Below are positions 63,156 through 64,000 of a stretch of 64,000 bases of DNA, one piece after another. A program made the translations under genes and the position numbers. Below the pieces are notes generated by a model. That model saw only the letters and a program-made list of their open reading frames with translations. It was not told the DNA's origin and did not search any database. Numbering within the stretch: position 1 is the first letter of the stretch; each line of letters begins with the position of its first letter. The stretch is from Carcharhinus amblyrhynchos (Eukaryota). Location of the stretch: positions 154,194,001 to 154,258,000 of the forward strand of contig OZ336870.1 in NCBI GenBank assembly GCA_965287045.1, in the 5' to 3' direction.

Positions 63156-64000
63156 CCATTTACCATTTTCTGGTCAAAGCTGCAATTTGTCACATTTGGA
63201 TTCTCAATTAGTTGCATGAGATAGGTAGCTAACATACTGGTGACACTGTACCAACAAATTTAGCTTCCCAATAAAATATCAGAATTTTATAGAGTCTTTC
63301 ACCGGATCTTTAATACTCATCAGTTCCTGAATCTAACAGTTGTGGTTCTCATAAATAAGGATATCACACACACATGCAATGAATAGTAGTTCAATCACTG
63401 TATTAAGGGAAGCAGCTGGGTTATTCCTGCTGGAGACTGAAGTTAAAATGAGCAGTAAACAGGAATTGCTCCTCATGCCTTCCTAGTACAGCACTTCCAC
63501 AGCTCAACATGATCCAGTCCACTGTCCAAGCAACCCATGCTAACACCAAATAATCAATCCTCACTTCTCCCTCACAGACAAATAACTGCAGGAGGCCGGA
63601 TCAGAAGTCCTTGCAACGTTCCACATGTTGGAGAAATATGTCTGCACCATGTTTTCTCCCAATTCCCTACAGCTCACTGATTGTCATAGATCCAACTGGC
63701 TAATTATGTTTGCTTACAATGCTACGGCAACAAAGCTCTATTTGGTGCAAGACAAGAATAATTTTTCAGGCAATTTTAAAATGAGACATTCCAACAGTGA
63801 ATTCTAAAAGTACCATCTCAACCGAATTGCATTTATCAAGCTGTCTCTGTACATTCCAATCAGGCTACAAAATTATAATTTAAAGAAAATAATACCTTTT
63901 TTGCTAAATGTAACAAAAAATCTACCACAACAATAATTCAGACAGTTCATTTTTATGGTTCTCAACTTCAAATGCATTCGTCAGGAATTTGCCTTTTGAT

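Noticed and set aside
1-64000. CRISPR array or prokaryotic defence system
   Set aside because: Vertebrate intronic DNA with no regularly spaced repeat-spacer structure and no operons.

Overview
Repeat-rich vertebrate genomic DNA, most likely a shark (HE1-like tRNA SINEs, CR1 LINEs, Deu-domain and LF-SINE-like elements, Penelope-derived elements). The whole window lies inside one minus-strand gene, GAB1 (GRB2-associated binding protein 1). Eight coding exons were read by hand with GT-AG boundaries and compatible phases: exon 2 (PH domain, 59811-60105), exon 3 (35065-35278), an 87-nt cassette exon missed by the ORF track (27452-27538, probable counterpart of the mammalian striated-muscle exon), exon 4 (18356-18963), exon 5 (15097-15179), exon 6 (12909-13212), the 90-nt alternative exon (3883-3972) and the next constitutive exon (1309-1408). 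Exon 1 and the 3' exons are outside the window. The introns hold CR1, L2, RTE and Rex1 fragments, a pogo/Tigger fossil, a Gypsy gag-protease fossil, a ~0.95-kb 28S rRNA 3' pseudogene, and several foldback Penelope-derived elements with decayed minimal hammerhead-ribozyme motifs. No prokaryote-type system is present. Repeat family names and mammalian comparisons come from memory, not from searches, and repeat boundaries are approximate.
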